This document shows, in pieces, positions 26,096 through 38,225 of a DNA stretch of 64,000 bases. The translations under genes and the position numbers were made by a program. The notes under the pieces are model-generated. The model saw only the letters and a program-made list of their open reading frames with translations. It was not told the origin of the DNA and did no database searches. Origin of the DNA: Isurus oxyrinchus (taxonomy: Eukaryota); assembly GCA_026770705.1 (NCBI GenBank), contig JANJGN010000013.1, positions 5,022,001-5,086,000 on the forward strand, written 5' to 3'. Position 1 is the first letter of the stretch. Every line of letters begins with the position of its first letter.

Positions 26096-27799
26096 CCACG
26101 GCAGCAACAAGAAATGTATTTAAAATTGTAAATGTATCTGACCAGTTCCATTTAATGGTACCACCTACTGACACAGAGGCAAAGGATTCTCTAGCTATAG
26201 ATGTTCAAAGCCATTAACATAATTTAGGCCTGTCTGTCTAAATTAAAACAAAACAAATAAATACATTTTCAATACTGAATCTGGTTCCATCATGTGATGT
26301 GTTAATGTTCTCATGAAAAAAAGCTAAGACCCTATCTTTTAATTAAAAAGGAAGTGCAACCTGATTCTTTTGCAAAATAGATCTGATTCACTTTAAACTG
26401 TGATGATCTCATATGTCTAGCATTTCTACTGCACCAATGCCTCAATCTAGGAAACATCTAAAACAGAATCGAATTACAGAGACTTGTAAAGTGGATAAAA
26501 GTGCAGCATAATAACAAGTAGACTACTGTGTAAGTGCTGGTATGGGCTCTACGCACTACTTTTCTGTGAAAGCTGTAGATGCTGCTACAAAATAAAGAGT
26601 TTATTTTTTGTCATTCCTCTACACCAAGGCATTCACGAGCCCATATCCTCCATTAGCTGCAAACATGTAATAGCTTGGGCCAATGACATCTCCTTGTGCC
26701 ATCTTCAATGCTGCTGTGTGATTAGCCAAAAGGAACATGATCCAGATGGGACCAAGCCAGGCAATTCATTTTTCTGTCGTTTCGGAAGGAATAAGTCACT
26801 TTCCTGTGGCATCTTGGTTGCTCCTGACACTGGTTGAAACTCATTTATTCAAATCCTTCAGTGAGGGCCATAAAATTAGGAGTCATATTAAAGTTGGGGG
26901 GAAAAAAACAGCTTTTGGTGTAGCTAATAATAGAAATCAGTGATCAACTGGATTTTCAGTAGACGTGGAGTCGCTGAGTGAAGTCTTTATTAAAGTATTC
27001 TTGTGGTTTGTTGTGGCATCTGTTTTTTGTGTGTTGACTCCAGACTGTCTATGTTGCAAAACCAATGAAATTAATGATTGCTAGTAATGTTTATATTTAT
27101 AACTGGAATGCTCCTATTCACATTCTTGTGAATGACAAAGTGCCTTTCAATTCATAGTATATTGGTAATATGAAATAATTTGTAGCATATTACTATTATG
27201 CTTGGGTACAACAAAACAGCTTTAAAGATCAAAATCATTTTTTATTTACAACAATTAAAATGATTTTACTAATTGAAATCTTCTAGATGTCTTCATATTT
27301 GATTCTTGTGTGCTTAAATTAGGCAGTAAAGAGTGGCAACAGACTACTGAAGTTGTAGTGGATATGTTAACACACAGTAGATGAGTTAACTGGGAATCCT
27401 TACTGAGAATGAATGGAGATTGGTAAGGATAGAAGTGATAGATGTATTGGAGGGGACTTGGTCTGCAGAATTCCATATTAGATGAGGTTTGTGATAGGTG
27501 AAGGAAAGAGATCTTCAAGGAAAGCATTTGAACAATCGATTCAAGATGATGGAAGGCATTCATAGGGATCAGCAGATATGGGAGCCTATTTTCTACAAGA
27601 ATAACAAATTTTAGTGAAACCAACACTTCGAAGAATATTAAATTGGTTACTTACAATGGAACTACTTAGAGAGCCATGTCCAACCTTGCATCACAATTCT
27701 GAGAACGAAATGCTAAAAGACTTCCTATAAAAACAGACAGCCTAAAAAGTTCCTAGCTGACATAAGCAGTAGTCTGTTCATACAAATGGTTTGCCTTTA

Positions 27800-28085
27800 G
27801 AGAGGCAAAAAAGAACAGCCCCAAGGTCCTGTTCATGATCTCTATTTAGTGACTCTTGTTGAATAGTGAGATATTTAGATGCTGGATGGGAGCAGGGTTG
27901 AGCTCTGCTGAGATCCTCTCCTCCTTCCTTCAAGGCCATTACTGAACAGATAATCATTGACCAGCCTCACACAGGGAGAATGGCCTCTTAGGAATGGTAA
28001 TGGAGGGTTGCTGATGCTGGTGGAACCATTTCAGTACTCACCCAATCATGGGTCATTGTCATTAGTTACACGAGGAGAGAAAATT
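27800..28085 (+). mobile_element. AmnSINE2-like SINE remnant
   Basis: The segment gcctcacacagggagaatggcc...ggagggttgctgatgctggtggaacc matches the family core. Confidence 0.45.
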
Positions 28086-28541
28086 GAAAGGGAATAAGTC
28101 CAAGTTCACCAAAGAATTGAGTACTTGCAGTCCCTTTGCCTTATAAAATATATCCTAATTCCCCATGTTGTATGAAAAGCAGAGATGAAAATCTAACTTA
28201 TCTTACTAATTGTCATGTTTAAGGGGAAGCTAGCCACATACAGGAGAGGAAAAGAATAGGATATGTTGATAGGCTGAGACCCTCACACCTCCCTGACTAA
28301 AACCTCAAACTTGTGCTGGGGCAGAAGCAGCCAGTGATTATTAGAAGGTTTGGTCAAGGCCAATCACCACTCTCACTTAACAGATACCATTTTTTTAAGC
28401 TGAGGTCTGCAGATAACAATTAAGAATAAAAAACTTTTCAAATGTATTTTTCTTGCTGATCTTTACGGGTTAAGATAAAAATCAAATTCTAGGGTAAATT
28501 GTTGCTGATTTGGCTGAGATTAACTAATAGCATAGAACAGG

Positions 28542-28640
28542 TTCTGTCGAAGGGTCATGAGGACTCAAAACGTCAACTCTTTCCTTCTCCGCCGATGCTG
28601 CCAGACCTGCTGAGTTTTTCCAGGTAATTCTGTTTTTGTT
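28542..28640 (+). mobile_element. 99-bp PLE mini-insertion: hammerhead motif plus 3' terminus (young family)
   Basis: It is near-identical to 40916-41014. There is an exact 14-bp TSD, tagcatagaacagg, at 28528-28541 and 28641-28654. The GAAA is mutated to AAAA. Confidence 0.92.
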
Positions 28641-28681
28641 TAGCATAGAACAGGGGTTGGCTTAATTGGACCTAATCTTAA

Positions 28682-28884
28682 GTCAAAATACTGTAGATAA
28701 CAAATAAAAACAGAAAATGCTGGAAATGCTCAACCGGTTATAGCAGTGTTTGTGAGAGAAATAGAGTTAATGTTTCAGGTCAATGTCCTTTCATCAAGGG
28801 TCACTGACCTGAAACATTAATTCTGTTTCACTCCACAGACACTGCCATCACCTGCTGAGCATTTCCAGCATTTTCTGTTCTTAT
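28682..28884. mobile_element. Old fold-back PLE mini-element centred on hammerhead motifs
   Basis: The ends acagaaaatgctggaaatgctca and tgagcatttccagcattttctgt are inverted. The centre reads ttaatgtttcaggtca...tgacctgaaacattaa. The minus strand reads TTGATGA...GAAAcaTT. Confidence 0.75.
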
Positions 28885-29335
28885 ACTGGCTTCGACCCTA
28901 CTGGTCTGTGTTCCATAGTACTATAATCGGCAGTGCATTTAATACATTGAGCCTACAATCCAACTGAAGTGAAGCGCTTGTGTGTAATTCATGTAAGTCA
29001 CCTGCCGAGGAACATTTCTGCATTTAGGTCACTGCTTTCGCAGGGTTTAACAGTTAACAGCAAATAAAGTGAAATTCGATAGCCCTCCAAAAACTCAGTC
29101 ATATTCTGCACCCAATAATATATATACAGTATGAGTTAATAATCCAGGTGGTCAAACATGAGCCGTTCTTACAAGAACACCCTGGCTTTCTCTTTCACAA
29201 ACTTGAGTAACTACATTCCAAATTCCTCGCGGCACCATTCACTTGACAATGGTACAGTATTAGGTTATTTTCACTTGCTAGCAGAGGGAGACAAAAAGGA
29301 CTTTATCAATCTGTAACAGCTGGCCAATTTTAACT

Positions 29336-30570
29336 CAAATCCCTCTACACCTCCATCTCCCACCAGGATGGTCTGAGGGCTCTCTGCTTCTTCCTTGAAC
29401 AGAGGGCTGAAACAATCCCCATCCACCACCGTCACTACTCTCCTCTGTCTGTCTGAACTTGTTCTCTCACTGAAAAATTTCCCCTTAAACTTGTCCCACT
29501 TCCTTCAAATAAAAGGTGAGGCTATGGGTGCCCACATGGGCCTCAGTTATGCCTGTCTCTTTATGGGGTATGTGGAATATTCCTTGTTCCAGTCCTACAC
29601 AGGCCCCCTCCCTCAACACTTCTTTTGGTACATCGATGACTGTTTTGGTGCCGCTTCATGCTCTCACCTGGACCTGGAAATTTTTTTTTTTATCAATTTT
29701 GATTCCAATTTTCACCCCTCCATCACTTTCACGTGGTCCATCTCCGACAACTTCCCTTCCCTTCCTTGACCTCTTTGTCTCTATCTCTGGTGATAAACTG
29801 TCCACCAATATTCATTACAAGCCCACCGACTCCCATAGCTACCTCGACTACAGCTCCTCACACCCTGCTTCCTGTAAGGACTCCGTCCCATTCTCTCAGT
29901 ACCTTTGCCTCTGTCGCAACAGCACCTCATCTTCTGATTAGGCACTTTATACAGCCTTCCAGACTTAACATTGAGTTCAACAACTTCAGACTATAAACTC
30001 TCTCTCCATCCCCACCCCTTTTTGATCCCCTTTTCTCTATATTCATTTTTAATTTTTTTCCCCCACTTATTTTCATTATTATTTTTTAAATTTATTTCCA
30101 TTTTGATTTATTTTTTTTATTCCCAGCTTTAGCCTATTTTCGATCTTTCTTCCTACCACTGTCCCCTCCCCCGACCTTACCCCCACTAGGGCCATGTGTC
30201 ATTTTCCAGGGTGCTTACTCTGGTCCGGCCATTATCATATTCTGCTTTCCGCTCTTAATGTCACCATTAGCACCTCCTTTAGCCAGTACCACCACTAATA
30301 ATGACCCTTTGACCTTTTGTTTATGACATCTTTTGCAATCTCTCCTTTGCCTCCATCTATCACTGGCCTTCTATCTAGCTTCATCTGTTCCATCCCCCCT
30401 TTAACAGTATATATTTTACCACATTTCTACTTCCCTTTAGCTCAGAAGAGTCAAATGGACTCGAAACGTTAACTCTGTCTTTCCACAGATACTGTTAGAC
30501 CTGCTGAGTTTTTCCAGCATTTTTTGTTTTTGTTTCAGACTTCCAGCATCCACAGTATTTTGCCGTTATC
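29336..30570 (+). mobile_element. Older Neptune PLE copy, 5'-truncated and internally deleted
   Basis: RT motifs include KGEAMGAHMGLSYA, WYIDD and HYKPTDSHSYL. They are joined at 29917/29918 to the EN C-terminus (LNIEFNNFRL*). A 3' UTR, a degenerate hammerhead (30439-30474) and the tail follow. Confidence 0.88.
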
Positions 30571-32239
30571 TTATGTTGTTATTGACTGAAAAAAGGTTGC
30601 CTTTACTGATACAAATCTGGACATCTAAGAAATTGAAATAGTTCACATCAGCTGATTGATCAGCAATAGCTCCTAGTCCGAACGTAAACAAGACTATCTG
30701 CATTATCAAATGGTACCAACATCATCTGAGAAGCAGTTAGAGTTTGACATGGACACTCCTTCAGGCTATTAACATACCATGCCAATGACTTTTTTGGAAA
30801 CTGAGGGAACATTTAAAGAAGGCCAGCTCTGCTTGAGGTGTTTTTCATTGTTTCCACAACAAAGTAAAAGGCTTTACAGTCAATCCCAAAATGCAGACTT
30901 TATTATTTATAGCAGCTGCTGTGTGTCTGTAAGATTAAAGATTTTGCAACTAAATTGCTGATATAGTTCCACAGAATGAGTCATTTCTTAACCATGAAAC
31001 CACTTTTGATTTTAAACCAGTTGTAGATTTTGCACGTCTTAATATAGAAAAACCAAACTGACCAAGTACCCAAAGGGAATTTGTACTTTTGTGATTGAGT
31101 AACTGATGATTCTTAATGAATGTACATGCCAAAGTGACCACAATTTGATTCTCTATCCCACATCCTTTAAACAGCATTTACACAAGGGGAGCTACTCCAT
31201 TTGACAGCAGGCCTACTCTTTTTCCCACTTACAATACCACAGATTGGGGACTTCAGACTACAGTGTTATACTATTACTGTACACTATAGTACCTTGTAAC
31301 AGGAAATGTGTAGCATATATTGCAACCAGGAATCAGAAGTGATTGTGGTACCCATTTTCACGAAGGCAAGAAACTGGGATTGAATTCTTTGATAGTGGAG
31401 TGTGTCCTAAGGACTAACCTTATTGTTCTTTCAGGGTGTTGAATGAAACCATCTGTTAACGAACATAGAGTGGTGTCTTAAATAAGGATAGACCAGGTTG
31501 CTGAATTTAACTTTTTCTCAATGGAAATTCAGTCATTTCTGAAGTCTACAGGGACCTTCTCTATTGATATTACAAAGCCAAATGGTCATTTAAATCATGA
31601 GTTTTCCATAGCTTTCAACAACTTTAAAACTGGAAATATGTTGTGCATGCTTCTTCAAGACCTGAAGCAAATGATCTCAGAGTGAAAAAAGAATTGGCAC
31701 AACCATCACATCATTTCCCCTGCTTTGAGGAATAATATTAATTATTCACACAGTTAGGTAGAGGATGGTAAAATACGGGCAAGGCCCTAGAATTGTGTGA
31801 TTAGTGGCATCAGAATCTCTAGCTCAGTATTTCCAAGGACCCTTATGGTTGTAAGGAAAAGAAGCCTGAATAGTGTCAGTTGTCACCAATCTTCTAATTG
31901 CCACTGATTTGCAGTTTGTTACTCCACATGCATTTCACTCCTTGAATCAATTAAATCATTGCTAGGCAGCCCACTCAATCATCTAACTCCATTCATCCCA
32001 GCTCTTCAATCAGCTGGTTTTGCAGAAGTTGGGCCTTCAGCCTCTGAGCACCTGATTCTTTACTCAGCTTATTTTTAAATATTAGTGATGGTAGCATTTA
32101 CAAGTCTTATCTTCTCACGTAACAAATATAGTTTCAGCATTACATTCAGACAACCCTCTTAGCTTGGTATATTTCTTTACATCCCTGTAAAGCATCTTGG
32201 GATGTTTATATAGTACCTTTAATGTAGGCAAAAAGCCAG

Positions 32240-32473
32240 AGTCTATATGAGGAAAACATTTTTTATTCAATGAGTGGTTAGGATTTGGAATGCATGACCT
32301 GATAGGGTGGTGGGTACAGATTTAAAGTAGCCTTCAAAAGGGAATTGGTAAATACTTGAAAGAGAAAAATGCAGGGATATGGAGAAAGAGCGGAGGACTA
32401 AGACTAAAGGATTGGTCTTCGAAAGAGCTGGTGTAGACTTGGTAGGCCAAATGGCCTCTTTTCTGTGTTCTGT
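32240..32473 (+). mobile_element. CR1 3' fragment, following a short L2 tail at about 32170-32230
   Basis: The segments atgaggaaaacattttttatt, ttcaaaagggaattgg and ggccaaatggcctc match CR1 3' ends in the window. Confidence 0.7.
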
Positions 32474-34109
32474 AGGTTAAGGGAAATCGGAAGGTAAGGG
32501 GCTGTGACTTCTCATGTAGGTCATGGTCAGGTGATGCCTCAACTGCCATTTATTAATCAAGGTAATGCTCAATATCAACAATGTAAGAGGTCCTGCTTCA
32601 TACTCCAGTCTCAATTGCTATTCACACTTCCAAAGATCAAGCTGCACAATGCTTAACTGTGGGGAAAACAGGCAAATCTGACCTACTGGTCAAGCACATC
32701 TCCTTCAGAATCAACTAAGGAGTCGCACAGAGACAATGGAGAATTTTCAGGCTCCCTCTCCATCCTTTCAGGCAGCAGGATGGATTTAAGGGAGGTGGAA
32801 GAGAGGGAGTCTCTTTCAATAACTCAGTACAATAACTTATCCTGAAAATGGAGCAAATTAGTTTTCATTGCAAAGACAATTGTTAAAAATAAAAGTTATA
32901 CTGTTGACAGATGAAAAGCTTTTTTTTCAAAAAATCTTTACTGTTTAATTGGAATTGAAATGTTTTCTCCTTTAAGTTAGCTCACTGTCACTTACTGTCA
33001 TCACCTTTTTGAGCAGTTTTTACTGTTCTTTCAGGAAATATAAGTGATACATTTGACTGGACATTCAATGTGGTTGAGATTCTAGACATGAAGTGCATTG
33101 GGAATGACATCATCCAGTCCAATTACTGTACCTCACCTAACTGAAATAAGTCACCAAAAAACCTCGTTACACTTCATGTTTTGGCTAATTTGACAGCCAG
33201 ATTGTCTGTAAAACAATCATATAACCTTTTCACGACCAAATTTATCTGTCAGTTTCACATGAGAAACATGCTTTTTGTGCAACATCTACAAAAGTGGCAG
33301 TGAAGACAATGGTAGAACGCAGAAGACATAATTTTTCAAGAGGTGAGCTTCTGATTTCAGTCAGAGCAAGGTGCAGCCCACAGACAGGTTTGAGGCAGAG
33401 GAGATATTCAATGACCACTCAATGGCATTGACAGAGGGGTCAACAAGACAGCTAGAATAATAAAAAAAACTTTTAAAAATATGGTCTAAATGCTGTGTTG
33501 GAGCTCAGGGTTAATGATCCACATGGTAATTCATGAACTATCTACAATATCAACAGATCAGCACACAAAATAGTTAAAACACTTTTAATGCTGTATATAT
33601 AATCACAAATTATAAATTGAGAGAATGAACTCTTTAATTGCTTTCTAGACTTGAATTCCTTTCTTACTGCACTATTCATTAATGTTATGACTTACGCAAA
33701 TAAGACAAAGCCATGCATGGTCAAAAATGCTGTACAATTTCCACACCCAGTTTTACTTTTGGTTTAAAATGTAGTTGCTTATCTCAGTAATCCCGTGACT
33801 GATGGCTTGTTGCTATATGCCATTGGTTAATTACACCATCATGGTTCTATGGCAGTTGTCTGATTCACAATGGTGGGAGGTAACAGGCAACTCAGCAAAA
33901 GCTTATTCAGTGTCATTGATATTAAAGTAGGGAAGCTCAGCTCCAGCATTAACAAGTATTTCAGCAAAGACCAAATCTAGTTTTTCTGCCCCAGTTTGCC
34001 AAGCTCAACAAAGAGGAATTTTGATGGAGGGAAATTTTATAAAGCTCATTGCAGACATTATTAAGGGTTGCTTTGAAGATTCAATGGACAAACACTCTGT
34101 AGTGTGGTA

Positions 34110-34338
34110 AAAACAAAAAACTGCGGATGCTGGAAATCCAAAACAAAAACAGAATTACCTGGAAAAACTCAGCAGGTCTGGCAGCATCGGCGGAGAAGAA
34201 AAGAGTTAACGTTTCGAGTCCTCATGACCCTTCGACAGAACAGTTCTGTCGAAGGGTCATGAGGACTCGAAACGTCAACTCTTTTCTTCTCCGCCGATGC
34301 TGCCAGACCTGCTGAGTTTTTCCAGGTAATTCTGTTTT
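34110..34338. mobile_element. 229-bp near-perfect palindromic PLE mini-element (young family)
   Basis: The 96-bp arms (34146-34241 and 34243-34338) have 1 mismatch and a 1-nt spacer. A 36-bp tail (34110-34145) is present on one side only. There is an exact 16-bp TSD, actctgtagtgtggta, at 34094-34109 and 34339-34354. Confidence 0.95.
34204..34280. ncRNA. Back-to-back hammerhead motifs, one per strand (CUGUCGA core)
   Basis: The minus motif at 34204-34241 ends GAAAcGTT. The plus motif at 34242-34280 ends GAAAcGTC. Confidence 0.7.
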
Positions 34339-34904
34339 ACTCTGTAGTGTGGTACTGAATCAAATACACCAGGAAAGTCTCGGGCCCAATCCTATTGTTA
34401 CAATTCAAGCACTCTCAAGATACCTTTTCCTCATGCTAAATCCAAAAGTCAGCTTCTACAATCAAATGCTCAATACCTATGAATCGAAGCATGAATTTAC
34501 ATGCGAAGCATTTGATAATGTAGCATGCCTGGGTGAATAATTAACCTTTGGTGCCCTTGATGAGCTCACCGAATATAATAGAAGATGACTCGTGATCTGT
34601 GGATCTTGCCAGATAAGACCAGTAAAACTTTGACAGGCCATAAGTCTGGTTATAAACTATCAATCAAATTTATTATTTAAAGAGAAGCAAGAGAAACATA
34701 GCAGGTTACTCAATTTCATTTGTCTCTCAAAACTATTTCAAATGTATGTGAAGGTTCTACATGAGATTAGGTATTTCCTTGAGAATTTCCACCATTCCCA
34801 GTTTGTCACCTGATGAAACAGGAATCACCTCAAGAAATCCCTAATTATAATGCTAAGGGTTGAATTGAGTCGAAGAAAGATCAAAAGATCAAATTATTTA
34901 CTAT

Positions 34905-35858
34905 ATATATATATATATAAATGACTTAGGTGAGGGAAGTGAATATACTTCTAAGTTTGCGGATGACACAAAAATAGGTTGGAAGGCAAGTGGTGAGGAT
35001 GACACAAGGAGTCTACAGAAGGATATAGACAGGTTAAGTGAGTGGTCTAAACCTTGCAAGATGGAATATAATGTGGGGAAATGTATGTTATACACTTTGG
35101 AAGGAAGAAAAGAGGCTGAATATTACTTAAATGGAGAAAGACTGCACAGAAGAATTTGGGAGTCCTTGTGCAAGAATCCCAAAAAGCTAACATACAAGTT
35201 TATCAGGTAATAGGGAAGGCAAATGGAATGTTGGCCTTTATTTCAAAGGGAATGGAGTATAAAAATAGGGAAGTGTTGCTAAAACTGTACAAGTGTGACT
35301 AGTTAGACCACACCTAGAATAATGTGAACAATTTTGGTCCCCTTATCTTATACTGGCATTGCAGGCAGTCCAGAGAAGGTTCACAAGTGTTGATCCTGGG
35401 TACGGAGGGATTTTCTTATGAGGAGAGTTGAGTAAGTTGGGCCTGTACTCATTGGAATTTAGAAGAATGAGAGGCAACCTTATTGAAACATATAAGATTC
35501 TTAGGGCACTTGACAGGGTAGATGCTGTGAGGTTGTTCCCACTTATGGGAGAGTCTAGGACCAGAGGGCATAATCTCTGAGTAAAAGGGTGCCCATTTAA
35601 AACAGAGATAAGGAAGAATTTCTCCTCTCAGAGGGTAGTCAATTTGTGGAATTCTTTACCACAGAGTGATGTAGAGGCTGGGTCGTTAAGTATATTCAAG
35701 GCTGAGATAGACAGATTTTTAATCAATAAGGGAATCAAAGGTTATGGGGAAAATGCAGGAAAGTGGAGTTGAAGATTATCAGATCAGTCATGATCTCATT
35801 GAATGGCGGAGCAGATTCGATGGGCCGAATGGCCTACTTCCGCTCCTACGTCTTATGG
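34905..35858 (+). mobile_element. 5'-truncated CR1 LINE
   Basis: It contains aagtttgcggatgacacaaaaatagg (KFADDTKIG) through the 3' UTR. A (TA)n expansion sits at the 5' edge. Confidence 0.9.
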
Positions 35859-35939
35859 TAAATGCCTTAACAACGAACAAAGCAGTCAGTTAAAAGAAGG
35901 TTCAAAGATGGCAAAGATATAAAATTTAGGTTGACACAA

Positions 35940-36402
35940 GCTGCTCTGTTGGAGAGGCCATCTTTGGTTAAAGTGAGGATCTGGCTGCCCTCTTTGGTAG
36001 ATTAAAAGATCCCATGACATTACTCAAAGAGCATGGTAAACACTGTCTTATGCTACATTTACTTCTCAGCCAACATCACAAACAGATTAATATAAAAGTA
36101 AAATTCTGTGGATGTTGGAAATCTGAAATAAAAACAGAAAATCTTGCAAAAACACAGCAGTGCTGACAGCATCTGTGGAGAGAAAAACAGAACTAGTGTT
36201 TCAAGTTCAATATGACTCTTTTGCAGAACAGATTATCTGGTAATTGTCTCATTGCTATGTGTGGGATCTTATGTGTCAACCGGCTGCTACATTTACTGTA
36301 TTACCACAGCAACTTCACTTCAAATGTACTTCATTGGCTATAAAGTGCTTTGGGACATCCTGAGGATGTGAAAAGGGCTATATTACTGCAAGTTCTTTCT
36401 TC
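35940..36402 (+). mobile_element. Deu-domain SINE interrupted by a PLE mini-insertion
   Basis: The segments aaaagatcccatgacatta, caacatcacaaacagatta|tctggtaattgtctcattgct and tacttcattggctataaagtgctttgggac align with 880-1220. Confidence 0.75.
36090..36226 (-). mobile_element. 137-bp old PLE mini-insertion (degenerate hammerhead plus tail)
   Basis: It aligns with 6822-6962. There is a 9-bp TSD, aacagatta, at 36081-36089 and 36227-36235. Confidence 0.8.
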
Positions 36403-36933
36403 GTCAGTCTGACAGGATTTCCTGGTACAATATTTACACGCATGAGACAAAACAACTCACACGCTGCAAGGTTAGATTCTTCACCCTTCTTGGGGGCTGT
36501 CAATTTCAATTGATTAACTATCTCTTCTCTTGCAGCTAGGCAATTAATATTAAGAATTTCTATATTTTAGCTGGTCACCAACTGTTTTTAAGACATACAC
36601 CTGGGACAGATCAAATCCTCTGCTCTTTCAAATGACTAACAATTAAGATAAAGTATGCATGCCAGTAGTCACACAAACAAAAATGGCCATTGGCTGGCTA
36701 GTTACCAAAACTCTATTAAAATAGAATTTATACTATTAGAAACAAGTCAGAACTTTAATCTGTCAAACCATTGTCTACGCAGAACTAGGATAACTTGGAA
36801 ACATAGTGCTGGGACACTACAATGTGTCATATGGGCCATATATTTGGCTGGAATGCACCCTGATGTATTCATTATTTTGTCACACCATTATCATGCACAA
36901 ATTAATTGGGCTACGTTTCAGATTTCAAATAGA

Positions 36934-37726
36934 TTTTTATTTGTTCATGGGATGTGGGCGTCACTGGCTGGGCCAGCATTTATTGCACATACTAACTGCC
37001 CTTGAAGATGGTGGTGAGCTGCCTTCTTGAACCGCTGCATCCCTGTGCTGTAGTTACTCCCAGAGTGCTGTAAGAGTGGGAGTTCCAGGATTTTGGCTAG
37101 CAACAGTGAAGGAATGGCCATGTTTTTCCAAGTTAGGATGATGAGTGGCTCAGAGGGAACTTCCAGGTGGTGGTGTTCATATGTGTCTGCTGTCCTTGTT
37201 CTTCAGATGGTAGTGGTCATGGGTATGGAAGATGCTGTCCAAGGTTCCTTGGTGAGTTCCTGCAGTGCATCTTGTAGATAGTAAACATTGCTGCCACTAC
37301 TTGTTGGTGGAGGGAGTGAATGTTTGTGGATGTGGTGCGATCAAGTGGGCTGCTTTTTACTGGATGGTGTCAAGCTTCTTGAGCGTTGTTGGAGCTGCAT
37401 TCATCCAAACAAGCAGACGGTATTCCATCACACTTTTGACTTGTGCCTTGTAGATGGTGGACAGGCTTTGGGGAGTCAGGACGTGAGTTACTCACTGCAG
37501 AATTCCCAGTCTCTGACCTGGTCTTGTAGCCACAGTATTTATATGGCTAGTCCAGTTCAGTTTCTGGTCAATGGTATGCCCCAAGATGTTGATAGTGGGG
37601 GTTTAGTGATGGTAATGCCATTGAATGTCAAGGGGCAAAGGTTCTTGTTGGAGATGGTCATTGCTTGGCACTTGAGAGCCCAAGCCTGGATATTGTCCAG
37701 GTGTGCTGCACTTGGACATGGACTGC
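36934..37726 (-). mobile_element. Family-B LINE 3' portion
   Basis: It is collinear with 60851-61665 and ends abruptly at the PLE boundary. Confidence 0.85.
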
Positions 37727-37794
37727 ATGTAAAACAAAAACAGAATTACCTGGAAAAACTCAGCAGGTCTGGCAGCATCGGCGGAGAAGAAAAG

Positions 37795-37833
37795 AGTTGA
37801 CGTTTCGAGTCCTCATGACCCTTCGACAGAACT
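37795..37833 (-). ncRNA. Minimal hammerhead motif, variant core CUGUCGA
   Basis: It is the exact reverse complement of 40914-40952. Confidence 0.72.
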
Positions 37834-38225
37834 TGAGTTCGAGTCCAAGAAAGAGTTGAAATATAAGCTGGTTTAAGGTGTGTGTGTGGGGGGGCGGAGA
37901 GATAGAGAGAGAGAGAGGTGCTTGTGTAGACAAGCAAGCAGTGATAGAAGCAGATCATCAAAAGATGTCAGTGACAATGGTACAAAAGAACACATAGGTG
38001 TTAAAGTTAAAGTTGGTGATATTATCTAAACGAATGTGCTAATTAAGAATGGATGGTAGGGCACTCAAGGTACAGCTCTAGTGGGGGTGGGGGGAGCATA
38101 AAAGATTTTAAAATATTTAAAAATAATGGAAATAGGTGGGAAAAGAAAAATCTATAAAATTTATAGGGAAAAAAAAGGGAAAAAGGGGGAAACAGAAAGG
38201 GGGTGGGGATGGGGGAGGGAGCTCA

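Larger units (their letters stand above)
28400..28955 (-). mobile_element. AmnSINE2-like SINE 5' part hosting two PLE mini-insertions
   Basis: The minus-strand head reads ggctcaatgtattaaatgcactg...acacagaccagtaggg, and the later part reads gttaatctcagcc. Confidence 0.4.
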
